Positions 30,643 through 39,164 are shown, numbered from the stretch's first letter. The stretch is 64,000 bases of DNA from Candidatus Uhrbacteria bacterium (GCA_016844925.1 JAERTI010000043.1:2386-66385); one strand, 5' to 3'. Translations and numbers: made by a program. Notes: generated from the letters alone by a model not told the origin.

Positions 30643-31386
30643 TTAGACAGAGGCCTCCTTGAACGTCTTGGGTCTACGCCAGCGCAGCAATTTGAGCAGT
30701 CGTTCCTGCGAGATGTAGGTGGTGTCCCAGGCGGTTGTGAAGGCATCTCCGGTACACTTGCCGCTGAGCAGATGTCCTTGAGGGCATCGATACGTCCACT
30801 TCAGACACTTGCTACGAAGAGCCTTTCTGGCTTCCAGTGCGCGCAGCAGCTGGGCACGTCGGTCAGGACACGAGTTGTCCCAGGTGTTTAGCAGCGGAGG
30901 CAAGAAGCGCCCTACTTCAAGAATGGTTCCGGAGATTTTCACTCTACGCAGATTCGCTCCGTCCAGATCTACTCTGTCGAGTCTTGCTTCACGCAGGTCA
31001 GATTCAGTCAGCTGAGCTCCGTACAGGTCCGCCCTTGTCAGGTTTGCTCTGCGCAATGTCGCTTCGCGCAAGTTGGCCATGCGCAGCATTGCTCTCATCA
31101 TGTCTGCACCACGCAAGTCTGCACCACGTAGTTTTGCAGAGAACATTATTGCCTCGATTAGATCCGCTTCACGTAGGTCTGCTCCGCACAGGTCCGTCCA
31201 GGACATGTCCGTTTCAGTCAGATCTGCTTTGGCCAGACAAGCTCCGCTCAGATCCGCACAGCTCAGGTCTGTCCCACTCAGGTCCAGCTGGATTCCTGGA
31301 TGTGCTTCTCGCCAGGTATCGATGGCTTTCTTGCCACCAATCGATCTGATCTGTGCAACCAGATCCTGTTTGTCTTGTTCGGTCAT
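30643..31386 (-). CDS. pentapeptide-repeat protein, C-terminal type 1; close paralog of 11957..12511
   Basis: ADL repeats; ISGTIL...FLPPLL...ISQERLLKLLRWRRPKTFKEASV. Confidence 0.88.
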   Translation of the reverse strand: MTEQDKQDLVAQIRSIGGKKAIDTWREAHPGIQLDLSGTDLSCADLSGACLAKADLTETDMSWTDLCGADLREADLIEAIMFSAKLRGADLRGADMMRAMLRMANLREATLRRANLTRADLYGAQLTESDLREARLDRVDLDGANLRRVKISGTILEVGRFLPPLLNTWDNSCPDRRAQLLRALEARKALRSKCLKWTYRCPQGHLLSGKCTGDAFTTAWDTTYISQERLLKLLRWRRPKTFKEASV

Positions 31387-31609
31387 GACGACCCTTCTCC
31401 AGTAGAGGCTGGGATAGAGAATTGCATCGAGTCATACTCGACGGTTTCAAGGTGCTAGAAAATTTGGAGGGTTACTCCATCTCACTTCCCGTCGGTGACG
31501 GTGAGTCAGATGGAGTCCCGAGCGTTGCACTGGGACCCGTGAGGTCCGAGCGTTGCGCTCAGGATCGTCCTCCCCCCGGGCGAATTCCCGAGGGGAGGGG
31601 TTCGGAGTA

Positions 31610-32875
31610 CTACTCCGAGAGGTGGTAGAACTGCAGCAGGTCGTGAGGCTGCATGTTCACGTCCAGCTCCTGACCGGTCTCGTACAAGGCCGGGTTCACG
31701 ACCTCTCGGAGGTACACGGCAACCTGCACCGTCTCGCCGCTGGTGTTGGGCAGCAGCTGGCAGGCGATGCGGGTGGTGTAGGAGAAGGTGTTCTCCCAGA
31801 CCATGGGGGTCAGCATCCAGAACGGGAGCGTGAGCGTGTCGCCGACGGGGGTCAGCGTTTCCACCTCCTCGAGGCCGAACATGTTGTCCGAACCCTCCTG
31901 GGTCTCGAAGACCGTGCAGTGCTCGATGAACGGCGTCGGGTCCAGGGGGAGCGGGCTGTCCAAGCTGGTGACCAGGATGGTCCACTCGAGCGTCTGCGCC
32001 GTCATGGTGCCTTCATCGCTCCAGTTCAGCGTGTCCGCCGTCAGGACCGGGTTGGGCGTTCCATTGGCGGGATCGAGGTAGTACTCCTCGTCCGCGTACC
32101 AGTCGAACAGGCCCTGGCTGGGCAGCAGGCTGTTGGAGTAGGTGTGCTGCACCGGTCCGACGTCCCAGGGCTCGATGGGCTCTTCCTCGGCTCCGATCAG
32201 CGCGGCGACCCGCGGGGGGTTGCCGTTGGTCTCGGTGACGACCGACTGGACCGAACGGCCCAGCTGGTCGAAGACGTTGGCCACCGCCGGGATCGGCAGA
32301 TCCGCCATGATGCCGACCTGCTGTTCCGGAACGGTCTCCGTGAGCTGGCAGACGATGTCGGCGTTGCGGATGCCTTCTTCGCCCACGCTCTGACCCAAGA
32401 TGGCGACCAGGTTCCCTTCGTCCGTCAAGGGCGAGGGGTCCGAGTAGTCGACGATCTGCGGCCAGCCGCGGAGCTGGCAGCTCTGGACGTACTGTCTGAT
32501 CAGCGCGCCGTCGCCGAACTCGTAGAGCTCGTCGCCGTCGGTGTCGATGCCGATGCTGATCTGGATCGTCATCAGGTTGAGCTGCTGCCCGTAGGGGCTG
32601 TGGAACGTGACCGAGCCGAGGATGACCTCCTGGTCCGGCTGGGCGAGGAACGGCTGCGCCGCGTGGAAGGCGGTGGTGAAGCCGATCTCCAGCAGCTGGT
32701 CGGAGACTTCGGGGACCTCCTCGGGCTCGTTCGCCGGCTGCTCGGTCGGCTCGTCGCAGTCCTCGTGGACGTCGACGTACACGTCGTTGTAGATGTGGGT
32801 ATCGCCGAGGGTCTCGGGCAGGCAACCGGTGAGGGTGAACAGGGAGATCACGAAGATCAAGTTGAAAGTACGAAT
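31610..32875 (-). CDS. acidic lipoprotein (lipobox LTGC); start ATT at 32875 or TTG at 32860
   Basis: xRTFNLIFVISLFTLTGC signal peptide; AAAGGAG upstream of ATT. Confidence 0.75.
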   Translation of the reverse strand: MRTFNLIFVISLFTLTGCLPETLGDTHIYNDVYVDVHEDCDEPTEQPANEPEEVPEVSDQLLEIGFTTAFHAAQPFLAQPDQEVILGSVTFHSPYGQQLNLMTIQISIGIDTDGDELYEFGDGALIRQYVQSCQLRGWPQIVDYSDPSPLTDEGNLVAILGQSVGEEGIRNADIVCQLTETVPEQQVGIMADLPIPAVANVFDQLGRSVQSVVTETNGNPPRVAALIGAEEEPIEPWDVGPVQHTYSNSLLPSQGLFDWYADEEYYLDPANGTPNPVLTADTLNWSDEGTMTAQTLEWTILVTSLDSPLPLDPTPFIEHCTVFETQEGSDNMFGLEEVETLTPVGDTLTLPFWMLTPMVWENTFSYTTRIACQLLPNTSGETVQVAVYLREVVNPALYETGQELDVNMQPHDLLQFYHLSE

Positions 32876-32960
32876 AGGTCGTTCTCCTTTTCCAGCTAAC
32901 CCAGCTGGCGGGTGCGGCCCTCAGGCCACGGGTTCAAGATGCAACTCCATCTGACTTTCC

Positions 32961-33034
32961 GTCATTGCGAGCGGAGCGAAGCAATCTCTATTATCGGAGA
33001 TTGCCACGCCTGGCGTTGCCAGGCTCGCAATGAC
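32961..33034. repeat. palindromic MITE-like insertion (GTCATTGCGAG...CTCGCAATGAC) inside hairpin B
   Basis: Perfect 11-bp terminal inverted repeat with internal GCAATCTC/GAGATTGC arm; resembles widespread RPE/REP-like elements. Confidence 0.75.
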
Positions 33035-33192
33035 GGAAAGTCAGATGGAGTCCCGAATCGCGTATTCGATTCAGGGGGTACCCGTCTCAGGTGAATCAGA
33101 ACTGGTCTTTGTATTAACCACGATCCTGATTCCGTCCCTGGAGGGGGTATGAAAGGTGCTAGAGCGTCATGGAGATGACGCTGGAGCTTAGA

Positions 33193-33765
33193 TTAGTCGA
33201 CCTTGCGGACGGCCATGTACGTACAGTTGCCCAACGGAGCATCCTCTGGGAAGTTGTGGGTGTTCCACCATCGTGGTCCTTCCCAGTAGATGTACATCAT
33301 GTTCTTGAATCCGCTGGGGCACTCAAAGAGGGTGCCGGGGAAGATGATCTTTCTCGTGTTGCCGAAGGTGTCGAACTTCCAGGCCTCTGGGATCAGTTCC
33401 GTATTGCTGATCAGGTAATCCATGACAGCGGCGTCAACACCGCGGGTCGTTGAGAATTCCTCCACGACCTCCTTCAAACGACGACGATCGGTTCCGGAGG
33501 GGACGTGAACGAGCTCAATTTGAGTTGGGTCCCAAGTGAATGGATCATCTCGGTGGTGTTCAAGCACCGTGTATCCGTTCGGGGTCTTGGGGGGGAGGTT
33601 CGGGATCAGTTCCGTCTGAGCGGGCTGATCATCACCTTGAAGGATGGACGTAAGTCCGCGGAAGGCTTGATCAAGATCGATCTTCCCCTTCCTCACCTTC
33701 CTGAAAAGCTTAGTCTGGAGCATGGCGAGCTTGCCAAGTTGCATTTCGTCAGGACGTTGAGTCAT
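33193..33765 (-). CDS. 'LIPEAWK..IIFPGT' family protein; paralog of 26459..27022
   Basis: RKGKIDLD...LIPEAWKFDTFGNTRKIIFPGT. Confidence 0.75.
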   Translation of the reverse strand: MTQRPDEMQLGKLAMLQTKLFRKVRKGKIDLDQAFRGLTSILQGDDQPAQTELIPNLPPKTPNGYTVLEHHRDDPFTWDPTQIELVHVPSGTDRRRLKEVVEEFSTTRGVDAAVMDYLISNTELIPEAWKFDTFGNTRKIIFPGTLFECPSGFKNMMYIYWEGPRWWNTHNFPEDAPLGNCTYMAVRKVD

Positions 33766-34007
33766 GACAGGTCCTTTCTGCGGTATGACGTACCGCGTCC
33801 ACCTCTGATCTTCAGGGTGGGGTTATTACGGAGGCTGATTCCTCCATCTTTGACGAGAGTTCTCAGGTCTGTGCTCCTAAGAGTCTCGTCACAGATGGAG
33901 TCCCGAGCTGCGTATGCGCTCTAGAGACTCCTTCTATCCGGTTATACCCGGCGAGTCTCGAGCGATGCTCGGGATGTGGTGTGATTAGAGCTCACTCCAG
34001 GCTGCCC

Positions 34008-34514
34008 TTAGCAGGGCTGGATCCGACTCCTGTTGTTCTTGACCCTGTTCCTGGGGTTGATCTGGTAGCCGCAGGCGATGGCGGCCAGCAGGATCGCGGG
34101 GTCGAGGCCCTTGCAGGTTTCCAGGCCCTTGCAGGTGGCCCACTCAACAGGACTCTGGTTGACCTTTGCGTCGGTGAAATCTGCGCCGGAGAAATCCGCT
34201 CCGAAGATTTCCGCATCGAGCAGATTGGCACCGCACAGGGTCGCACAAAACATATTGGTCTTATGGAGAGTTGCCGCAGTGAAGTCTGCACCGGTGGCGT
34301 CGACGCTATTCAGGGCTGCTTTGTTCAGACAGGCATCAGAGAGATTGGTACCGATCAGGTTCGCCCCCGAAAGGTCAGACTTCTCCAGGAGCGTATCGGA
34401 GACGTCCTCACCCGACAGGTTGATCTTCTTGTCAGGGTTTGCCTCCTTCCAGTTCTCCACAACGAATTGGCCATGAGATCCATGCAGGCTTTCTGCCAGT
34501 TGCTTGTCGCCCAT
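34008..34514 (-). CDS. pentapeptide-repeat protein, C-terminal type 2
   Basis: Pentapeptide repeats; WATCKGLETCKGL...AIACGY; AAAAGGAGG SD. Confidence 0.85.
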   Translation of the reverse strand: MGDKQLAESLHGSHGQFVVENWKEANPDKKINLSGEDVSDTLLEKSDLSGANLIGTNLSDACLNKAALNSVDATGADFTAATLHKTNMFCATLCGANLLDAEIFGADFSGADFTDAKVNQSPVEWATCKGLETCKGLDPAILLAAIACGYQINPRNRVKNNRSRIQPC

Positions 34515-34729
34515 TTGGGCAACCTCCTTTTCTCCAGCTTCACCCAGCTGATGGGTCCGGCTGTTGCCGGAGGGGTTGTGGTGAACAATTGGAGGCTGAT
34601 TCCTCCATCTCCTGTCTCGACAGGTGTCGAAACAGAGGATGGAGTCCCGAGCTGCGTATTCGCTCTAGAGACTCCTTTGCCAGTCTTTTTCCCTGGCGGG
34701 GTCTCGAGCGGATGCTCGGGAAGTGGTGG

Positions 34730-35095
34730 CTACATGTTGAGGGCGCGCAAGACGCACTTGCTCAAGATGGCTATCGAGAAGTCGAGGTCTTGGAGATGTG
34801 TCTTGCGGAACTTGGCGTAGCGCAGCACGGTTCTTTTGATGTTGCACCCCCGCAGGTCCGCGCCTGCGAAGTTCGCGCTCGTCAAGATTGCGTTGGAGAG
34901 GTTGGCTCCCCGCAGGTCCGCGCCCGTGAAGTTGGCTCCGATCAAGATGAGTCCGCTCAGATCCACGTTCCTGAGGTCTGCGCAGGTCAAGTTGAGGTTT
35001 CGTTCTCCGTGTTCGCTCTTCCAGCAGTGGAGACCCAAGATGCGCTGAGCTCGATCTTCTCGCTTCAAGATCTCGACCAGATCCATATTTGCCAT
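34730..35095 (-). CDS. pentapeptide-repeat protein
   Basis: ANFTGADLRGANLS repeats; AAAAGGAG SD. Confidence 0.82.
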   Translation of the reverse strand: MANMDLVEILKREDRAQRILGLHCWKSEHGERNLNLTCADLRNVDLSGLILIGANFTGADLRGANLSNAILTSANFAGADLRGCNIKRTVLRYAKFRKTHLQDLDFSIAILSKCVLRALNM

Positions 35096-35307
35096 GTGAC
35101 TTCTCCTTTTCTCCAGCTTTACCCAGCTGACGGGTCCGGCAGCGCCGGAAGGGTTGTTGTGAACGATTGGAGAATGATTCCTCCATCTCCCGTCTCGACA
35201 GGTGTCGAAACAGAGGATGGAGTCCCGAGCTGCGTATTCGCTCTAGAGACTCCTTTGCCAGTCTTTTTCCCTGGCGGGGTCTCGAGCGGATGCTCGGGAA
35301 GTGGGGG

Positions 35308-35685
35308 CTATCGCTTGTAGCCCATTTCGATGACGGCATCCATGAAGTGCCTCGGGGAGGGGAGCCAGTCTGCCCAGTTCAATCTTCGGCAGTGTACCCA
35401 CTGGGAGAAGTTGTCGTACTTGACGTTCCTCAGGTCCGCGTCGTGGAAGTCCACTCCGTACAGGTTCGCTCCGCGCAGGTCGGCGAAGCGCAGCCGGGCG
35501 TGGCAGAGGACGGCGTCTTCGAGGTTCGCTCCGCGCAGGTCGGCCCAGCGCAGGTTCGCTCCCTCGAGGTTCATGCCGCTCAGGTCCGCGTCTCGCAGGT
35601 CGATTTGCCCGAGCGCCCTGAAGGCCAGGCTTCGTTCCCAGTCGTCCTCGATTTTGAGGATTTCGAGGATTCGTTCGATGGTCAT
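35308..35685 (-). CDS. pentapeptide-repeat protein; first gene (ORF0) of the left array
   Basis: DLRDADLSGMNLEGANL; AAAAGGAGG SD; no double-hairpin repeat upstream. Confidence 0.85.
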   Translation of the reverse strand: MTIERILEILKIEDDWERSLAFRALGQIDLRDADLSGMNLEGANLRWADLRGANLEDAVLCHARLRFADLRGANLYGVDFHDADLRNVKYDNFSQWVHCRRLNWADWLPSPRHFMDAVIEMGYKR

Positions 35686-35779
35686 GTGAGCAACCTCCTT
35701 TTAAACAGCTTGACCCAGCTGACGGGTCCGGCGTGGCCGGAGAGGTGATGCGGCTAGGCCGCGATGAGGTGTGTTGCGC

Positions 35780-35832
35780 AAAAAAGGCGCACCAGAGACA
35801 CGGTTATTACCGAATCTCTGATGCGCCTTTTT
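35780..35832 (-). terminator. leader hairpin plus U-tract (attenuator candidate) of the left array
   Basis: Minus strand aaaggcgcatcagaga...tctctggtgcgccTTTTTT between the promoter and the first gene. Confidence 0.6.
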
Positions 35833-35921
35833 CTGTAAAAGCGAATCTATGGTCATCTCGGGGCGGTTAGCCTATTAGGGCGTGCACAGATTCCGCCTAG
35901 AGATGTTTAATTGTACGTTGC

Positions 35922-35950
35922 AATATACTCCATTTTTGGGGTTTTGTCAA
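35922..35950 (-). promoter_or_regulatory. sigma70-type promoter driving the left array
   Basis: Minus strand TTGACA-N17-TATATT. Confidence 0.8.
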
Positions 35951-35960
35951 GGTATTATGA

Positions 35961-35990
35961 CAAAAAACCGCCTATTTTTAGGCGGTTTTT
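35961..35990. terminator. terminator after the rodZ-like gene
   Basis: aaaaaaccgccta-ttt-ttaggcggttttt. Confidence 0.8.
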
Positions 35991-35999
35991 GCATTTTGT

Positions 36000-36689
36000 T
36001 TAGTCTCGTAAACTTAATGTTCGGTCTTGTTGCAGCACCACTCGTCTGTATTCCATGGCAGGTCTTGAGTAGCGCTTTGTGGACTCGATTTCTATAACAT
36101 TGAGTCCCCGTTCCAGGGCGATATCGATCTCGAAGCTTCCATCTACGGAGAGCAGGACGTCTACGCCGTTCACTTTTACCGCGGCGCCGTCTTCTGCGTG
36201 ACCCGTGACCGAGATGAGTGCATCTCCAGTGAGGGAGCCGTCAGACGGCTGGTAAACGAGTAGGTCTGGCGGGGCAACGATGGCGCGGACTTGATAGCCG
36301 ACGTAGCCGGTGATGGCAATGGCCACGGCGAGTACGGCCAGCACTTTCACATAACGACTTGCTACGAGGAACTGAAAGGCGCGGGCGCGGCGGCGGGGGA
36401 GGCGGGCGTTTTTCATGAAGTCGCAGGTGCCGCACTCTTCCTCGTACTGATCTAGGAAGTAGTTCACATCACCCCCTAAGGCCCGTACGTAGATCTTTAG
36501 ATAGTTTTTCGCGTAGACGGGATCCGGGAGCGCAGCGTAGTTGCTCTCCTCAAAGGCCTTGAGGAATGACTTGCGGATCTTGGTCTTAGCCTCCATCTCG
36601 CTGAGTGTCAGATTCGCGCTACGCCGAATAGCCTTGAGCTTGGCGCCCAGGTTTTCTGCGTAGTCAAATTTTCGAATCACGAATGACAT
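36000..36689 (-). CDS. rodZ: RodZ-like HTH membrane protein
   Basis: LGAKLKAIR...TKIRKSFLKAFEE...LP..VYAKNYLKIY, one TM helix, C-terminal Ig-like domain; downstream of ftsK. Confidence 0.72.
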   Translation of the reverse strand: MSFVIRKFDYAENLGAKLKAIRRSANLTLSEMEAKTKIRKSFLKAFEESNYAALPDPVYAKNYLKIYVRALGGDVNYFLDQYEEECGTCDFMKNARLPRRRARAFQFLVASRYVKVLAVLAVAIAITGYVGYQVRAIVAPPDLLVYQPSDGSLTGDALISVTGHAEDGAAVKVNGVDVLLSVDGSFEIDIALERGLNVIEIESTKRYSRPAMEYRRVVLQQDRTLSLRD

Positions 36690-36701
36690 GCTGCAAATAG
36701 C

Positions 36702-39164
36702 TTACTCGTCTTCCTCGTCCTCATCAATCCACTCATCGTCGATCTCGAGCTCTCCGTCTTCTTCTTCTTCTTCTTCTTCTTCTTCTTCTTCTTCGAGCTC
36801 GCCATCATCTTCCTCTTCCTCAATCTCTTCTTCCTCACCTTCTTCCCATTCACCTTCTTCCTCTTCATCAACTTCTGTTTCCTCTACGTCCTCTTCTTCA
36901 ATGTCCTCATCTTCTTCATCTGGCCACTGAGGTTCGTCGCCGTAGGCTTCATCGTAATCATCTTGGGCCGTTGGCATACCTTCCTTGATGTCTCCTCCCG
37001 GCGGCCAAGAGTCGATCAAGATTTCACGGGCCTTGGCACCGTTTCCTTCACCAATCACTCCAGCGTTTTCAAGTTCATCCATGATGCGGGCGGCGCGGGC
37101 GTAGCCGACGCGCAGGCGGCGCTGAAGGAAGCTGGTGGAAGCTTTGCCTGCCTGCAGAACGGTTTGGATCGCTTCTTCAAACAGGTCATCGTGATCGTCA
37201 TCATCAAAGACCGTTCCGGCCTTGGTGATTTCTGTGACAGCCATGTTGTAGTCCGGCGTGCCTTTCTTACGCAGGAACTTCACAATGTCCTCGATCTCTT
37301 CTGTTGAGACGTAGGCACCCTGGATACGTTTTGGTTTGGCGACCTCGGCGCTGGTAAAGAGCATGTCTCCGCGACCGAGGAGTTTCTCGGCTCCAGCCTG
37401 GTCCAAGATGGTGCGGGAGTCTGTCTGTGAGGCAACGGCACAAGCGATACGTCCAGGGACGTTAGCCTTAATGGTTCCGGTGATGACGTCTACAGATGGG
37501 CGCTGTGTGGCCAGGACCAAGTGGATTCCCACAGCACGGGCCATCTGAGCAATGCGGACAATCGTACCCTCGATTTCTCGGCCGGAGGTAGACATGAGGT
37601 CGGCGAGCTCATCGATAACGAGCACGATCTTTGGCATGCGCTCTTCCACCTTGCTGTTGTATTGATCAATGTTTCTGGCGCCAAACTTACTAAGAATATC
37701 CAGGCGGCGTTCCATTTCTCGGACGGTCCACTTGAGGGCGTTCACCGTATCGTCGACGGAGGTAATCGGTGGGACGAGTAGGTGAGGGATGCCGTTGTAG
37801 ACGGTGAGCTCCACGCGCTTAGGGTCTACCAGGATCAGTTTGAGATCATCTGGGCCGTTTTGATACAGCCAGGAGATGATCATGGTGTTGAGACAGACGG
37901 ACTTACCAGAACCCGTGGCACCCGCTACCAGCATGTGTGGCATGCGGTTAAGCTCGATGACCTCTGTGGCTCCTGAGACGTCTTTTCCAAGCGGAACGGA
38001 GAGTGGAGATTCTGAGGACTTGAACTTCTTGGTTTCCATGACGTCGCGCAGGGTCACCTTGGCCACCTTCGCGTTTGGCACCTCGATTCCCACAAGAGAC
38101 TTTCCTGGGATCGGTGCCTCCATGCGAAGTGGGTGGGCGGCAAGGGCTAGGGCCAGGTCGTTTTGTAGCGAGACGATGCGAGAGAGCTTCACTCCCTGGG
38201 CTGGGCGCATGGTGAACTGGGTGACCGTTGGTCCTACAGAGGTCTTGCCCATCTCCACGTGCATGCCGAACTCTTCGAACGTCTGCTCAATGATTTCTTT
38301 GTTGCGCTCGATATCTCCAGCCGTGGCCTTAGAGCCCCCACGCTCGAGAAGTTTCATTGGAATCTTAATGGTGCGGCGCTGTGAGGAGACAAGAGCGGTT
38401 TCTTCTCGCTTGGCTGTTGGAACGGGTTTGGTGTTGAACTCGTGCGCGTCTTCCTCGTCCTCTTCTTCGATGTCGTCCTCTTCCAGTTCCTCGTCCTCTT
38501 CTTCAATTTCTTCTTCTTCACCTTCGGCAACTTCATCCTCATCTTCCCACTCTTCCTCCTCATTCTCTTCTTCGTCCTCATCATGGATGCTGTCGCGGTG
38601 AAGCATGGCGCCGAACCAGCCGGTGAGGTGGGTGTGGGCGCTAGCGATGGAACGTAGGGAGGTATTGAACGTCAGCAGGACCGAGATGAGGAGCAGGGCA
38701 CTGGTTGAAACGACGGCTCCCCAGTAACCAACGAAGGCTGGGAGCAATGTGCCGAGGAATTGGCCCAGGTATCCGCCAGCCAGGGTGAGGTCTGTGGTGA
38801 AGGGCTCGGGGCGAGCAACAAGGAACAGGTTCATCAGGGCGTTGAACGAGAGAAAGAAAAACAGCAGCCCGATATAATTCCATACCGAGAGGCTGCCGCG
38901 TTCAGGATACGCTGCTGAGGCACCGATGATGATGATCACCAGTGGAACCAAGAAGCGGTCTAGACCAAAAAAGAGGCTGAGACCGTGGTTGATGGCCGTG
39001 CCGAGGCTGCCGGCGACCTGAAAGAAACTAAGAAAAATCAGGGCGGCGATGGCGAACAAAAAGATGACCGCAATACCCCGTTTTGTTTCTGGATTGAGCT
39101 CGAGACCTAAGAATGCCTCCTCCTCATGCGCGCGTTTGCGCGAACGCTTTTTTTTTCGTGCCAT
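36702..39164 (-). CDS. ftsK: DNA translocase FtsK/SpoIIIE with acidic linker and tail
   Basis: N-terminal TMs, PHMLVAGATGSGKS, IDELADLM, LATQRPSVDV, gamma domain LQRRLRVGYARAAR; start MARKKK at 39164. Confidence 0.96.
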   Translation of the reverse strand: MARKKKRSRKRAHEEEAFLGLELNPETKRGIAVIFLFAIAALIFLSFFQVAGSLGTAINHGLSLFFGLDRFLVPLVIIIIGASAAYPERGSLSVWNYIGLLFFFLSFNALMNLFLVARPEPFTTDLTLAGGYLGQFLGTLLPAFVGYWGAVVSTSALLLISVLLTFNTSLRSIASAHTHLTGWFGAMLHRDSIHDEDEEENEEEEWEDEDEVAEGEEEEIEEEDEELEEDDIEEEDEEDAHEFNTKPVPTAKREETALVSSQRRTIKIPMKLLERGGSKATAGDIERNKEIIEQTFEEFGMHVEMGKTSVGPTVTQFTMRPAQGVKLSRIVSLQNDLALALAAHPLRMEAPIPGKSLVGIEVPNAKVAKVTLRDVMETKKFKSSESPLSVPLGKDVSGATEVIELNRMPHMLVAGATGSGKSVCLNTMIISWLYQNGPDDLKLILVDPKRVELTVYNGIPHLLVPPITSVDDTVNALKWTVREMERRLDILSKFGARNIDQYNSKVEERMPKIVLVIDELADLMSTSGREIEGTIVRIAQMARAVGIHLVLATQRPSVDVITGTIKANVPGRIACAVASQTDSRTILDQAGAEKLLGRGDMLFTSAEVAKPKRIQGAYVSTEEIEDIVKFLRKKGTPDYNMAVTEITKAGTVFDDDDHDDLFEEAIQTVLQAGKASTSFLQRRLRVGYARAARIMDELENAGVIGEGNGAKAREILIDSWPPGGDIKEGMPTAQDDYDEAYGDEPQWPDEEDEDIEEEDVEETEVDEEEEGEWEEGEEEEIEEEEDDGELEEEEEEEEEEEEDGELEIDDEWIDEDEEDE

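Larger units (their letters stand above)
10963..35298 (-). repeat. 30 interspersed double-hairpin repeats (+ strand core CTCCATC...GATGGAG-T-CCCGA)
   Basis: Approximate copies: 10963-11068, 11788-11855, 12559-12623, 13086-13155, 13858-13977, 14553-14622, 14829-14914, 15836-15959, 16626-16694, 17836-17934, 18711-18818, 19408-19521, 20229-20295, 20672-20785, 22438-22562, 23094-23205, 23979-24043, 24457-24568, 25055-25170, 25860-25928, 27104-27167, 27566-27696, 28377-28445, 29404-29471, 30446-30601, 31475-31563, 32945-33075, 33839-33973, 34600-34720, 35178-35298. Confidence 0.95.
10592..35950 (-). mobile_element. left gene-cassette array (integron-like; ~33 co-oriented ORFs punctuated by 30 double-hairpin repeats)
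   Basis: All supported ORFs lie on the minus strand; a repeat occurs in almost every intergenic gap; promoter at the right end and terminator at the left end. Mobility is inferred, not shown. Confidence 0.75.

Noticed and set aside
31553-32899. Long antisense ORFs (also 51..809, 1919..2998, 21422..22630, 40740..41789, 51017..52582)
   Set aside because: They are in-register shadows of GC3-rich genes on the opposite strand, with no SD or recognisable motifs.
10963-35298. CRISPR array
   Set aside because: Inter-repeat segments are 200-1700 bp and contain whole genes, repeats vary in length, and there are no cas genes.
35178-35298. dif/pdif (XerCD) sites, suggested by proximity to ftsK
   Set aside because: The repeat core is GC-rich and lacks the 11-6-11 XerC/XerD consensus (TTATGTTAAAT arm).
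36757-36792. (TCT)n microsatellite as a phase-variation site
   Set aside because: It is an in-frame trinucleotide run encoding the poly-Glu tail of FtsK.
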